The position numbers and the translations under genes are program-made. Under the pieces are notes generated by a model that did no database searches, was not told the DNA's origin, and worked only from the letters and a program-made list of their open reading frames with translations. A DNA stretch of 64,000 nucleotides from Marsupella aquatica. Its lineage: Eukaryota > Plantae > Marchantiophyta. Every line of letters begins with the position of its first letter. Position 1 is the stretch's first letter. Below, piece after piece: positions 14,081 through 26,511 of this stretch. The stretch lies in assembly GCA_973895155.1 (NCBI GenBank), contig OZ316895.1:1362435-1426434 (forward strand), in the 5' to 3' direction.

Positions 14081-14425
14081 TATTAGGATTTACTCTTAGG
14101 TCTAGAGTTATGATTATACCGTAATTAAGGCTAACCTTAGTTGTAGACTTGGTTAGGTTAGTCATGTTGTGCACACTCTATACCTAAGCGGTGTTTGCTT
14201 GGAAAGTGGGAACTCAGGCTCATTGTTACGGAGCCAGTTGAGAGATAGGGAGAGTTTGTGTTGTGGATGCTTCGCATGGTCGATCGACCTAGACTGCAGT
14301 AAAGCTCATGTGTGTTCCCGTGGACGTAGCCTCATGTGGAGGTCAACCACGTATCTCTCTGTGTCGACTCTTGTGCGTTGGATGGTTCATGCGCTTGCCG
14401 TTGCGATTGTTGTCTATGCTCAACA
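14081..14425 (+). mobile_element. Solo LTR of the same family, opposite orientation
   Basis: TATTAGG...TGCTCAACA (TG decayed to TA); near-TSD AGTGA/GGTGA; reverse complement of the 42330 LTR (GTATCTCTCTGTGTCGACTCTTGTGCGTTGGATGGTTCATG). Confidence 0.85.
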
Positions 14426-15496
14426 GGTGAGTGGGGAGGAAAGGCAAAGGGGGTTAGCTTTAGAAGAACAATTGGACAAACACTGTGACATTTCCCAGAC
14501 CAAAACAAGTGGACAATGATTGTATATAACTCCCAGGCCTATGCTGAGCGGGAGGGGCCTTTGTGGGGAATGCAATCAATGGATTCCAAGAGATCAAGTG
14601 AACAAAGCTTTACACTACCTTTTGTGGTCTGAACTTTGGCCACAAAATCAGTGTGCATGTCCCCATTCAACCAATATTCATTGGGACCCGCCAACTGCCA
14701 TATATGTAGGTTTAGGCAAATAAGTGCTGAAATGGTCACCATTAGTCTTCTATAGTCATGAATAGGCAGCCACCTAAAATCATAGTTGGGATGGCATCTT
14801 AGTCTTGAAAAGTAAGACTTGTTCGTCCGCTTGTTCTCGTAGAGCTCCCCTTTCCCCCTCCCCCTTGTCTTGCGCACACATTGCTACACAACATACGTCG
14901 CATGTCACACACATCAAAACATAAGCACATTCAAACAAACATAAGAGAATGACTACAAGTGAAACTCATGTCCCACATGTCCAAAACGCACAATAATCTT
15001 CAATGAATCCGACAGCGATTGGTACCAATCAACGAACAATTAATCCCAAGGCATCTGATCCGATTATAGACGTATGTCAAGCCCAACGCACCTTGCACTC
15101 AAGGAATTAACGTTACATAGAAGGAGCTTTCAGCCACCATAGCCACAACTTGAGCTCCCCTCTCCAAGTCTCAACATCAATATATAGCCTTTTGATGCCT
15201 CACAATGGGAGAACTACTCTCCACACAAACCTAAACTAAACTGAGCTATTGGCTCATATAGCACACATCCAAAACATACAAACCTAAATAGTACAATATA
15301 CTACAATATCACCTAGAATTGTGTGACACCCTAGATGAGTGGATGGTGAGCAGAGTTGAAAGAAAATGGAAGAGATAACCAACATTTTCTCCTTTTCTCT
15401 TTGCTTCATAGGACATACAAAATGCCTAAAACGATCTGACAATTGAAGGATATTACCATCCAATTTTATATTCTTATGTTCATGATAACAGTTTAT

Positions 15497-15520
15497 ACCC
15501 TAAACCCTAAACCCTAAACC
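15497..15520 (+). repeat. Interstitial plant telomere repeat (CCCTAAA)3
   Basis: ACCCTAAACCCTAAACCCTAAACC directly abutting the CACTA subterminal repeats. Confidence 0.85.
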
Positions 15521-15525
15521 CCATT

Positions 15526-15820
15526 AAACGACTATTCAGTACCGTATAGGACTTGGAAACGACTGGGAAGGACTCCAGTCCTTTATAGGACTGCGAGTCG
15601 TATGTTTTGTTACTATAATCAACTGAGTCCTTTATAGAACTGGTTTATAAGTCGTTTAATAGACTGGATTTTCAGTCTATTTTAGTCTTTGTGTGGGTAG
15701 CTTTGGTGAGTCGTTTTCAGTCTTTTATGGACTGAGATGGTGAATCGTTGGGAACGACTAAAAAGGTTATGGAGGGTAGTCTTTAAATATACTTTGTGGG
15801 GTATGTATAAGTCTTTCATG
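15526..15820. repeat. Left subterminal repeat array of the CACTA element
   Basis: More than 12 direct and inverted copies of AGTCNTTT/AAANGACT, e.g. AGTCCTTTATAGGACT, AGTCGTTTAATAGACT, AGTCTTTTATGGACT. Confidence 0.75.
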
Positions 15821-16317
15821 TCAACTGGATATGAGTGATGAAGACCCCACTATACTACTTGGAATGAACCCACTCTTGTGCACAAATAACATATTGCATT
15901 CATGTTTTATTGTGTACTTGAATTAACTCACTCTATAAGTTCACCATTCATCATGTTAACATTAGAATACATAGTTTCAGAAAGCCATCTTCTATACCAT
16001 GTACACTAATATGAATTCACAGATTCAAACTTCATAGACTACAAAGAAGGTCACAAAGTATTCCTCTATACCATACACACTAATACTGAAATGATACAAA
16101 ACAGATTCAAGTATCATAGACAATCACCATAGAGCCATAGTTTGACATCAATCAATTGTTTCATACATACAGAATTCAGAAATATCAATGTCACACACAA
16201 CGGCTCCTTCATCCTCTTTACCAAATGGAAAAATTGGTACAGATATTTCTTGGATCTTTCCAAGGCAATGTCAAAATGTGACACAATTCACATGATTCTA
16301 TCTACACTTGCATTCAG

Positions 16318-19300
16318 TCACTGCAGACTAACACACTCTGATGGCCAGAGCACAAGAGATCCTACTGCATCTGCAATTATTTCCTAAGGTGGATCATCGT
16401 CTCTATTCGGAAATGGCAAATTACAATCAGATACAATCACTGTAGTCAACAACACTACTACATGGTCATCCGGGACCACTTTGCCATGGAATTTTGCATG
16501 ATCCGGTCGCAAAATGCCTGTACCCACACATACCTGCGAGTCATCCTCCCATGATAGAAGATTATGGACTGGCTCTACTGTGGCTATCACCTCCACCTTA
16601 CCCTGGCTGTTTTTCTTGGCTTTCCTGGGTGGCTTATACATGACATTATTCATACCTTGGTTGCGAGTCATGACTTTGGCACGAGTGTTTTGTGCTGGTG
16701 ATCGAGAATTGGCTACACTCTTCTTCAAAGAATCTGCATCCATATTTGACACTTCTGATTGTGTAGCAGGATTTCCCTGCGACATCATCTCAGTATCTGC
16801 CAACATTGTACTTGCCTCAATTGAAGCATCTACAATCTTACTTGCATCCAATGTTGCTCCCAAGTTTCGACGTCGCTTCACCCTGCTCCCACTTGGTTGA
16901 GAGTCTGTCAACTCTGCATCAACTACAATTCAGTGTCATGTCCAACATAAGTGAATCACTCATCACATGTGCTAAATGTACATGTCACCAACCACAAAGT
17001 TGTCACTATCTCCTTACCATTATGAACAGCCTTCTTCCCCTTCTTTGCCATTGCCATATGCTCCATGTCTGCTTCTGTTGATCAATAAACACACCACAAT
17101 ATTCACGTTGAATCTATTAACCACTGAATTGTTGCTCAACATTCATATAGAGGAATTTAAAGCATCAGCTTACCTGATACCTCCTTGGCTATGGTCACTG
17201 AGGCACTGGGCACATCTTCTTCATTATTGCTCTTTGAATCACCTGATACATCAATCATGATGTCACTTCAGATCCCAGTTCATCCAACCAGTTCTTACAG
17301 AAAAGATTACCTCCAACCGGGTTAAGCTTCACAAAACTCCATGCACTTTTCAAATGTAATGTACTGGATCATAGCAGGTTACCTGTCTCAGCAACCTTCT
17401 TGCCCTTCTGCTTACTGATTACAGGGTCCTTCTCTGCCTCCACTCTTCCTGCATTCAAACCATTCACTCAATTCATGAAAACTTACTTCTAACATTTGAA
17501 CATAGGACACAATGAACAATGGGCCGGTGTCATTTCCATACCTGTGTCAGATTTGCCAATTCCCTTTTTTGTTAACAAGGGCACACTTTGTACAATGTTG
17601 CCCTCATTGTTTGGTTGGGAACCACCCAATTTTTCAATCACAAGCTTGAAATTAGATTCCACTGATGCAAGAAGGTTCGCTACAGATGCCTCCACAATAT
17701 CCAAACGATCAGCCAATTTACTTTCCACTTGAGGGAGTCCACACTCTAATGACTTCAACCGTTCACACATCTCTGTGAGAGTTGTAACAGTTCCCTGTCA
17801 TAACACAGCTTACATATCTCAGATAACTGTCCCCAAGAACTGGTTGCTTACTTCCTACTACATTTCTTTCTGATGCTCAAGGCCAAATAGTCACAGAACA
17901 TACAGAATTACAACATAATCACCTGTTTGGAAGTTACACTTGTCACCTCACTCCTTTGTTTCATGAACTCCTCTCTCACTTCTTGTGCTGATGGTTCTTC
18001 ACCTGTCAATTTCTTCTGCAGTCCACATCAACATACATATGAATGAAACCAAGTGTTGATTGTCAATGAAAATGTAATAATGGTAGCAAGATGATAAGTT
18101 TGAGGCTTACTATCAGGCATGTCACTGCCTTACCAATTGTTCTTTCACTGGAGCATAACTTCCTCTCCCAGCCTGTGAAAGGTGTTTCACTTTGCCTCGA
18201 GCATTTGACATCAGTTCACTCTTGCTCTGTCCAGCCTCCGACATGAACCCTTTGATTAACCGTGTCCATTGATCCAGTTCCAATGATGGGGGTGGTGGCA
18301 TTCTCCTGTTAGAACCATTGTCTATCCACGTCCTTTTCAACCTATGCCTCTCTTGTTTCAAAATCCTCATTGCATAATCTGATATGCAATCTTCAACTGG
18401 GCCCTTACCATCATTACCAACATACTCCCACCGTTCAAGAATGTCCTTGCAGATAGCAGCCCAATCAGCTTTGTTCTGACTCCTAAACTCTGTAATGCTC
18501 AAATCTAACCAACGCAATACTTCTCCTCTTAGGTCAGAATGCCAACGGTTCTTACCATCACATGTGGGAGTTATCCAACCTTCGGAATTCACTTCTACTT
18601 TACCAAATTTGTTACTGTCTCCTGCCTTGGTACTCCCTGAAGCGCTACTAGGTGTCCCTCCACGGCCTGGGGTCCCTCCACGGCCTGATCTCCCCCCACG
18701 GCCTGGATTGCATTGTCCAAACCTCCTTGGAGTCCCTGCACATTTACAGGATCCATTTACAGTCACTTACATTAGGTAAGTATGAATCATAAATCCCGCT
18801 GCCAAATATACAGTGGACTTCAGAGCAATTCTGCAATGACCAAGTTACCTCTCCCTTGGCGCATAGATGGTTCTGGACCACCTGTCCTATTGCTTTGTCT
18901 TGATGAATTAGGGGCGTTTCTCCCGCCTGTGAATGATTGCCTCCTATCTGAACGTGGATGGCCTTTGTTGTTTTCGTGATTGTCCCAATCAGAGTCTGCA
19001 TACCAACAGGTACATGCCACACTCATGGACCTGTAAGATAAACTCTTTGCCCTAGCTACACATCAGATAAGTGCATATTGAGCTAAATCTCTACTACCAT
19101 CACAAAATCACTAGCACAAGGCACTTACTTGTCCAATCATCCTCCTCACCTTTCTATTGCCCTCTGTACCCGTCTCTACCACGCTCTGGGTGTTCATATT
19201 CATCCCATCCATCTTCTGCTCCATCATAGTCATCATCATAATTATCAGGCGTCCCTTGCCAATAACTCTGGCTCCTTCTAGGGTATGGATTATGTGATTT

Positions 19301-19497
19301 CTCTCTAGCTGCCCACCTACCTGGGACTTGATGAGGGCCCTGTGCATCTTGCACAGGTGCATTTTTCTGTGAGCCCCCTGCATCTGGGTCTCCATCCATA
19401 TCCAATCTTTCCTCTTCACCCTACTCTCCAAGCCCCATGTCTGTCTCCATGTCATCACCCTCTTCCCCCATAGCTTCTGCACAGCACCCACAACCAA
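16318..19497 (-). pseudogene. CACTA TnpA/Ptta-like multi-exon gene, disrupted
   Basis: Exon 18766-18130 has a Transposase_24/Ptta-like PPPSLELDQWTRLI..F.SE..Q.KSE.MSNAR....SQAGRGSY segment; coiled-coil exon near 17489-17795; last exon VGTGIL...FHGKVVPDDHVVVLL..V...LPFP...*EIIADAVGSLVLWP resembles the En/Spm C-terminal domain, with a premature TAG at 16384-16386. The 5' exon structure is uncertain. Confidence 0.7.
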
Positions 19498-19648
19498 ACA
19501 GGGAGAATCAACACACTAAATTCAAAGTATCAATCAATTTCATGCATATCCAACTATCCTAAACATCATTCCAGGCAACAATTCCCGTTCTGTGACTCTG
19601 TGCAGGTAGTCATCCTCAACCTCATACTTGCCAATCGCCAGCTGTTGC

Positions 19649-22600
19649 CTATTGCAAATCATCAACCTCATCATATTCCATTTGCCCAGGTTCATCATAT
19701 GTCTCTCTCAATGTTAAGGGGATGTAGTCAGTCCATGCCCGAGTTGGAAGTACAGTCTCATGACTAGGATGCTCGAATGCAGCATGGTCATCCAAACTGA
19801 ACTCTACTTTACTTCCATCCATCCGCTTGTTCCGTGCTTGGCTATGGCATACCACCCTCCAGCCATGTGACTCCTCCATATCTGCAAAGAAAGCCTGTTC
19901 AACTTGGCTAGGGAAAACAAAAGGCTCAGACCATTCTGGTACTCTGGACCTAAAATTGGCCAACAAGAACCCATCATGATCACGCTTCATGGTGGCCCTT
20001 GGTCTCTGCCACTCTGATTTCACCCATGATCCCTTCATCAATATCACTGGGACACTTGTGTTACCATAATTCAACACCCAAATGTCGGTCAACTCCCCCA
20101 CGTAACCCATCTTCATCCACCCCCTCTGTTCTTCAGAGGTTCTCTGCTCAAACACAGAAATCAAACCACAATCATATGATACACAATGGTCACCCTGCTC
20201 ATCCCTCACTCGATAATGATTTCCATAAGCTCTCATCCGTTTGTAGGTCAGAATAGACAATCGTGGTGGCACAGATAGAAGATACAAATCCTTCTCCATA
20301 TCTGGGTGATGTCTACTATGCTCTCGAATTGTCACCCGAATCCACTGCTCGAACTGTGGGAAGGGATCCTGCTGCCCAGAGTGTGCAGCTTTTTGCATAT
20401 CATATTCCCTGCAATATGAGGTACAGGCATAGTTAGTCTAAACAACACATGACAACCTAAGATCACCCTTGGAACAGACAAGAAGCATCACAACAAAGGC
20501 AAGTCAATTCAATCACTCACCTCCACCATGGTTGCATAGGCTCTGTGTTTGCCAGCACATATGAATGAGCCTTGTCTCGAATCGCAACAGGCAGCTGAAC
20601 AGCACGTCCCACACCTTCAACAACCTCGCCACTCACTCCATCATCTTCACCAGATTTCCAAACTCTTGTCATAGCTTCACCAGACCCAGCCATGTACTCT
20701 GTTAGGAATCCCAACGTCTCATCCTTAATGTACCCCAATGCCATGGAAGCCTCTGGCCTGTAGTATGTTCTCACATGACCTTTCAACAACTTCATGTATC
20801 GCTCCATAGGGTACATCCATCTGGTACTGACTGGCCCATACTGCCCTAGCTCTTCTACCACATGGATTAGGAGATGAGTCATAACATCAAAGAAAGCAGG
20901 GGGAAGTATATCTCCAAGTCACAGAGGACATAAGCAGCATCCTGCTTCAACTGCTCCAATCCTTGGGGATCCCACACTTTCACACATATACGGCGAAATA
21001 CATTGCACAGTCGAAGAATGACATTACGGACTGGTTTCTGCATGAGACCTCTGAGGCATAGGGGCAGAATGTGCTGCATCAACACATGGTAGTCATGTGT
21101 TTTCATACTGCCAAGTTTATTCTTTGTAATATGCTTCTTGAAGGCACCAGCATAGCCAGAGGGCACTTTCAGACAGCTCAATCTATACAAGAATGTCTTC
21201 CATTCATCCTGTGTGCACACATAGGGAGCTTGGAACTTGAGAAGTACATTGGGATTGCTTGCATGGGGCTTCAACCAAAGGTGAGGGCGAATCCCCTTCT
21301 GTTGCATATCAGCTCGAACTGCTCCTGTATCTTTCTCACCCGACAAGAACTTCAGCAAGCTCTCACAAATATTTTTCTCAATGTGCATGACGTCCACATT
21401 GTGTTTGCTGGGCTCGAATTCCTGCACTCCACAAAGCAAAGAATTCAACAACAGAAACACTAATTAACCACATAGGAGGATTGTAACCAACATCAATCCA
21501 CCATTGCTCCAATCTAAAATTGCAATCATACAGGGGCTGGAGGCTAAGTACATTACCCTCCAGTACTCCAACTCCAAGTCCATCAAGGTCTGTCTTTTCA
21601 CACCGTGTTTCACCACTGGATCCTTAGGTTCTCGATCAGTGGCACTTCTCTTGTCCCAATCAGCCTTCCTGGCTGCCCACCTCAGGACTTGCTCTCTGGT
21701 GACCCTCTGTGGTGGGCCACGAAGCTCTGTTTTGTTGTTGAAGTGTGCAATTTGAGACCGTGTGTGCCTGTAAGGATGATCAACAGGCAGATACCTTCTA
21801 TGCCCCTGAAATTTCATACTGTGCAGGGCATGCGACCACTAACTTGTCACATTTTTCCCACATGGTGTGCACCCCACATAGCCCTTTGTCACTCGTCCAG
21901 ATATGATGCCATGGCCTGGGTAATCTGCTATATCCAGCAAACAAATTGCATGCAGTCTAAAGGGGCTGGGTCGAAGAAGCCCCTTCAGAACATCATGGGT
22001 TAACACCCCTTCTATCCACAAAGTCTTCCACTCTTCCACTGCTGGAGCCAACATGATATCTATGAATTGCTCGGTCACAGAAGCTGGTCCAGGGATTAAC
22101 AGCACCATCATGACAAAAAACCTCTTTGTAGTCATCCATGGGGGAAGGTTGTAATTTAGCAGCGTAACCGGCCAACATGAATAACGGTTGTTTTTGTCTC
22201 CAAATGGGTTTACTCCATCCAGTGATAGACCAAATCTAAAGTTCCGCTTCTCTACAGCAAACTGTGGCCACCTCTCATCAACAAATTTCCAATGGTTGGA
22301 ATCTCCAATGTGACGCTGCAGGCCATCACTGCTCTTGTTATCAGGAGTCCATGTCATCAGCTTGGAAATGGCAGGGCATCTAAACAGATGTTGTAGTCTA
22401 GGAATGAGAGGAAAATGACGAAGAACCTTGGCAGGGTGTGTACATTTCCCTACATTTTTGTACCTGTGCTTACCACAATGAGGGCATGTCAATTTATCTG
22501 CATGCTCTTTGCGAAAGAGAACACACCCATCAGGGCATGCGTCAATAGACACATAGTTCAGCCCAAGGTTAGACATCAATTTCCTAGCCTCGTACATATT

Positions 22601-23347
22601 TTTTGGAATTGAATTACCATCTGGTAACACATTTCGGCGCAGGAAGGTCAACAACTCTGTCACAAATATATTGGGAACATTGTGATTGCCAGAGATGTTC
22701 AACAACAACACGACAAAACCCAGCTTGGAGCAGTTCGACCCCTCGTAGATAGGAATGCAAGCTTCTTTGATGTGTTTTGGGCCCCCAAACACCCACTCCC
22801 TCTCTGCTGCACCTTCCCCAATGTCAAAGTCAGGTTCAGCTTGGCCGTCGCCAATGTGTGGCTGCGGTTCATTGTCCTCTTCTGATTCCACTGTGTCGTA
22901 AAAAGCATCAAGGTCTTCAAAAATCTCTTGAACCATTCTTGGGACATCCATCCCACCGTCCTCAGTGACTGCCTCTCCATCTCCATCTTGGTCATCCACG
23001 TTCTCATGTTGGACCCCAGGACCATCCTCTGCACAGTCTATGTCCTGCTCTACATAGTCTCTATGCCTAGCTGTATTAGAATCCACAAAGTCAGCTCTCC
23101 ACTCTTCATCAGAGGAGTCTTCTTCTGCTGGTACATTCCAAACCCTCCACCGAGGGTGCCTTTCATGCCGCAGCAGGTGAAGGTGCACAGTGTTCAAACT
23201 CAACGACTTGAATCCTTGGCACTGTGTGCATGGGCATCTCATCCTCCTACTCCTACCTTGGGCGGCCCGGGCTTGTTCACACATCCACAATTTAGAATCA
23301 TGATGCCTAATCCTAAATGGGTTGTGAAGAGGCAACCTTGGAGCCAT
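19649..23347 (-). pseudogene. CACTA TnpD transposase, disrupted; exons ~23347-21557, 21421-20521, 20408-19649
   Basis: MRCPCTQC N-terminal domain; IDACPDGCVLF..CPHCGKHRY; LSLDGVNPF...YSCWPVTLLNYNLPPW; IADYPG; HNVDVMHIEKNICESL; KTHDYHVLMQ; MTHLLIH...GPVSTRWMYPMERYM; EPFVFPSQVEQAFF. Lesions: in-frame TAG at 21839-21841 and a 1-nt loss in a C-run near 20900. Confidence 0.93.
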
Positions 23348-23673
23348 CACTATACACACGCACTCAGCACCCTGTCATTTTATTATGCAAGTGAAAAATA
23401 CACTTCCTGTTAAGGATTTCACCCCCGACTGTACTTGCCAAAATACGTAACGTTCCAAAAAAACAAAAAAACAAAAAATATAGGTGTCTGAGTCATGTAC
23501 CTATTCTCAAGTGAATGAGACAAAATTCCTAAATGTTTGAGGGTGTCAACTCCTCCGCTGTCCTCACATGTACTGCCTCTGCACGTACATCCATGACCAT
23601 ATCAGAGTCCAATCATGTATAGTCATAGACACAGGTGCCAGGTGCGAGACCGGTGTGAGATGTCCTCATCTTA

Positions 23674-24243
23674 CTACCACATCAAATACGGATACCAATC
23701 CTGTTGTCGATGCCACTCAGCCCTGAGGTACTCAGGCATGTACATTAAGTCATCAAGGTCTAAACCCTGCTCATGCCATGGTGGTCTTCGATCCGTGCCT
23801 ACAAGCAGTGGCAGCAGTGCCCTCCATGGTGCACATGTTGCTACCAAGTCCCTCCACTGGGTACTAATTAGTCTATATTTGCAGATATCTTGTGCGCCAG
23901 ACACCACAAGAACCCTCGGCCAGACATGTGCAAGAACTATATCATCTGCCAAATCAGGCAACAAGGAACCACCTACAGCATCGTGCTTGTCTAACTCATC
24001 TGCTGAAAAGTAAATATCCTCTTCCGACTGTGCATCCTCATTCACCACAGCATTCACAACACATCCAAGGTCTGCAGGCATTATCTCGGATGGAGCTACA
24101 CTCTGTCTGGTTACCAATCCACACAAGTAAGCCCAAGCAGTAGCCATGCACGATGCAACCCGTAGGAGGACCCTACATAGGGCCTGACGGTCTGGAAGAG
24201 GCAGCATACCCACCAAAGTCTTCAGCCAAACAGAGCCCAGCAA
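23674..24243 (-). CDS. F-box motif protein (CACTA cargo), no recognisable substrate-binding repeat domain
   Basis: SLLPDLADDIVLAHVWPRV......ICKYRLISTQWRDLV...PW fits the F-box consensus (LP.L.DDI...I..R......R.VS..WR.L). Start codon uncertain. Confidence 0.7.
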   Translation of the reverse strand: MLGSVWLKTLVGMLPLPDRQALCRVLLRVASCMATAWAYLCGLVTRQSVAPSEIMPADLGCVVNAVVNEDAQSEEDIYFSADELDKHDAVGGSLLPDLADDIVLAHVWPRVLVVSGAQDICKYRLISTQWRDLVATCAPWRALLPLLVGTDRRPPWHEQGLDLDDLMYMPEYLRAEWHRQQDWYPYLMW

Positions 24244-24383
24244 GTAGATTCACAGTCACACCCCACGCAGCAGGAAACAACAATCACTCCAACTGCGACC
24301 AACCATGACAAGATGAGTTAGTTCAAGGATCACATTTATTACAAAATTGTGATTTATACAAAAATATGAGGGACTCCTACTCC

Positions 24384-25232
24384 TCACTCTCTCCCACCTT
24401 TGCTAAGCATACATCTCTGCTGAATCTTGGAGGGCCAGGCCTCAAAAATATCAAAGTCCCAAGCATTCTGTCGCTTCCCTCTAGCTGCTGATTCCAGAAG
24501 CCAATCAGGGGAAAGCACCCAAAGATTGTTGTTCATGACAAAATCACGCACTGTTGTCTTAAAGAATTTTCTGCATATTTTCATGTATGACAGACCTACA
24601 ACATGAGTGGAGGTTTCTGTTAGACTCTCCTCCACTGTCCCACCTAGCTCAACAACGATAGACTTGTACAATCTGCACTTAGTCTCCCCAATTCCTTCTT
24701 CTGCAAATATCACACTGAACCCCTTCATAATGGTATTTCTCTCCTTGCCATGCTCATTCAATATAGCATCTGCACGCATAGGATGGTGTCCTATGTTGAC
24801 AACAGGTCCATATTGGACAGAAGCAAAGTTGGGTTTCTCTGTCGCTGCTTCATAGGCTTCCTTTTCAGCCAAAGCCTCTGCAGTGGCCTCCTCACTCTCC
24901 CACAACTCATATTGCTCAGTACTCTGTACACACCTATGTTTAACAGAATCGGTCAGCCAAGAGACTTCAACTACTTTTAGACCTTGGTTGGTAATGGCAG
25001 AATCAATGAAGGACCATGACCAGTTGTTCATCACATCCAGCCATGTCCCCGCAACAACATGTGTAGTCTGTGGAGTGATGTCCTTGACTTCAGTCCCATG
25101 GAACTCTGAGAATCATTTTTGTACGATTGGCCAACTCACTTGGGTGAACCCATAGTGGCCAGGAATCAAAATGGCTTTGATTCCAGCCAACAGAGGCGGG
25201 TGATCAACCTTTGTACGTTTCCTAGAGGCCAT
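24384..25232 (-). pseudogene. Tandem-BRCT protein, 282 aa (CACTA cargo), one premature stop
   Basis: ATG at 25232 (MASRKRTK, NLS-like) is in frame with track ORF 24384-25034; TGA at 25113-25115. Two BRCT signatures: G.EV..ITPQTTHVVA...VVEVSWLTDSV and FSVIF....LGGTVEESLTETSTHVVG...LSPDWLLESAARGKR. Confidence 0.78.
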
Positions 25233-25830
25233 GTACACACGGGCCACCTAATCACTGCAGACCGGAAGATAATGCGTTCACCTGATAATCGGAGGGCCCT
25301 TAAAATGCTGCGTTTATAACTTGGTCCAGTCCAGTCGTCTGGTGAGTCTCTGCTCCGATTCCAAACGGGAGAAATATTGGGACAAACGTACTAGACACCT
25401 GCAAGCATGCACCTCATAGTTTGAATATGTGCCTTGACAATATTGAAGGTGACAAGTGCAATTGTTTTGTGATGCCACATACAGATGTTGTAAATGGGCA
25501 GACATTCAATGAGAATAGAAAATGTTGGTACACTTTAAGGGAATTCTCGCAAATTAAATAGCCTTGTAACTTATATGCTCATAATGAGAAGTCCTGATTT
25601 AATTTAAGCAGTGTCATGTAAGTCGTGATCAAAATGATTGCAGAGTTAAAAAAGTTCCTAGAAGGCTTAAGGGGAGTTTTTGAAGGCATGTACCCAGGAA
25701 CAAGTAATGAACTTAGGGTACTTGTTGCCTAAGCATCCTCTCCTACAGAGGTCCTTCTTCTCAAAATTGGAATGTCTGCAATCTCCAAGGTATCCACATC
25801 AGGTGCACTATGCATGTACATTATTCAGGT

Positions 25831-26511
25831 TCAAAGCCAAGAAATGTGATCTCTCATGGGAGTGTGCAAAGTAGGATCTATGGCATGGCGATGACAATAG
25901 AAGATCCATCGATCAACACCATGTGCAGAGTGATGATAGATGTGTCTGTCACAAGCATAGCCTTCTGCTTGACGCTCCTTCAAACAATGAAAGTGCCACA
26001 TGGTGGGACACCTAACACAGTGGACTATGTCCACCCAGAAATCTTCATCGTGCTGACCACATGCCTTGCACTTATGAAGTGGGCAAGCTGTGGCAAGATC
26101 GGGCAAACATGAAAAACAAAAGAACCTCACACAATATCTGTCAGGGCATTTCCTAACAAGTGGTGGAGCATCAACAGAGCCCTCATAAGACCCCAACTTC
26201 CCACACTGTGCACACTTAGCCTGCTTCTCCAAACAATCAGTGCACATCCAGCCTCCCTGGTGTGCTGACGGGAGGCCCACCCCTGGACAGTTGTTTTCTG
26301 CAGCAAGGTCAGACTCTGGGTTGAGGTGGAAATGCCTCATGCAAGGGCCCTCACATATGGCTAAGCCACCACCATCGTCACAAATGGCACAACAATGAGC
26401 TGCCTTCTGGAAAATCTGACTTGCGGAGAAGTTACTACCATCTGGCCCAACTACACCTGTGTTGCTCACCTCTGTCCCCCGCTTCTTGGCTCGGATTTTA
26501 GGGCGTGCCAT
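25831..26511 (-). CDS. Stand-alone EDM2-type composite PHD-finger protein, 226 aa, intronless (CACTA cargo)
   Basis: CAICDDGG.L.ICEGPCMRHFH...C..GL...WMCTDC...QAKCAQCGKLGS...CP...C.RFFC..C...CPLHKCKAC...CVRCPTMWHFHCL...RWIFYCHRHAIDPTLHTPMRDHI parallels the PHD block of plant EDM2 (as I recall it, ending LIYC..HEIDEEL.TP.RDH). Basic N-terminus MARPKIRAKKR. Confidence 0.85.
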   Translation of the reverse strand: MARPKIRAKKRGTEVSNTGVVGPDGSNFSASQIFQKAAHCCAICDDGGGLAICEGPCMRHFHLNPESDLAAENNCPGVGLPSAHQGGWMCTDCLEKQAKCAQCGKLGSYEGSVDAPPLVRKCPDRYCVRFFCFSCLPDLATACPLHKCKACGQHDEDFWVDIVHCVRCPTMWHFHCLKERQAEGYACDRHIYHHSAHGVDRWIFYCHRHAIDPTLHTPMRDHISWL

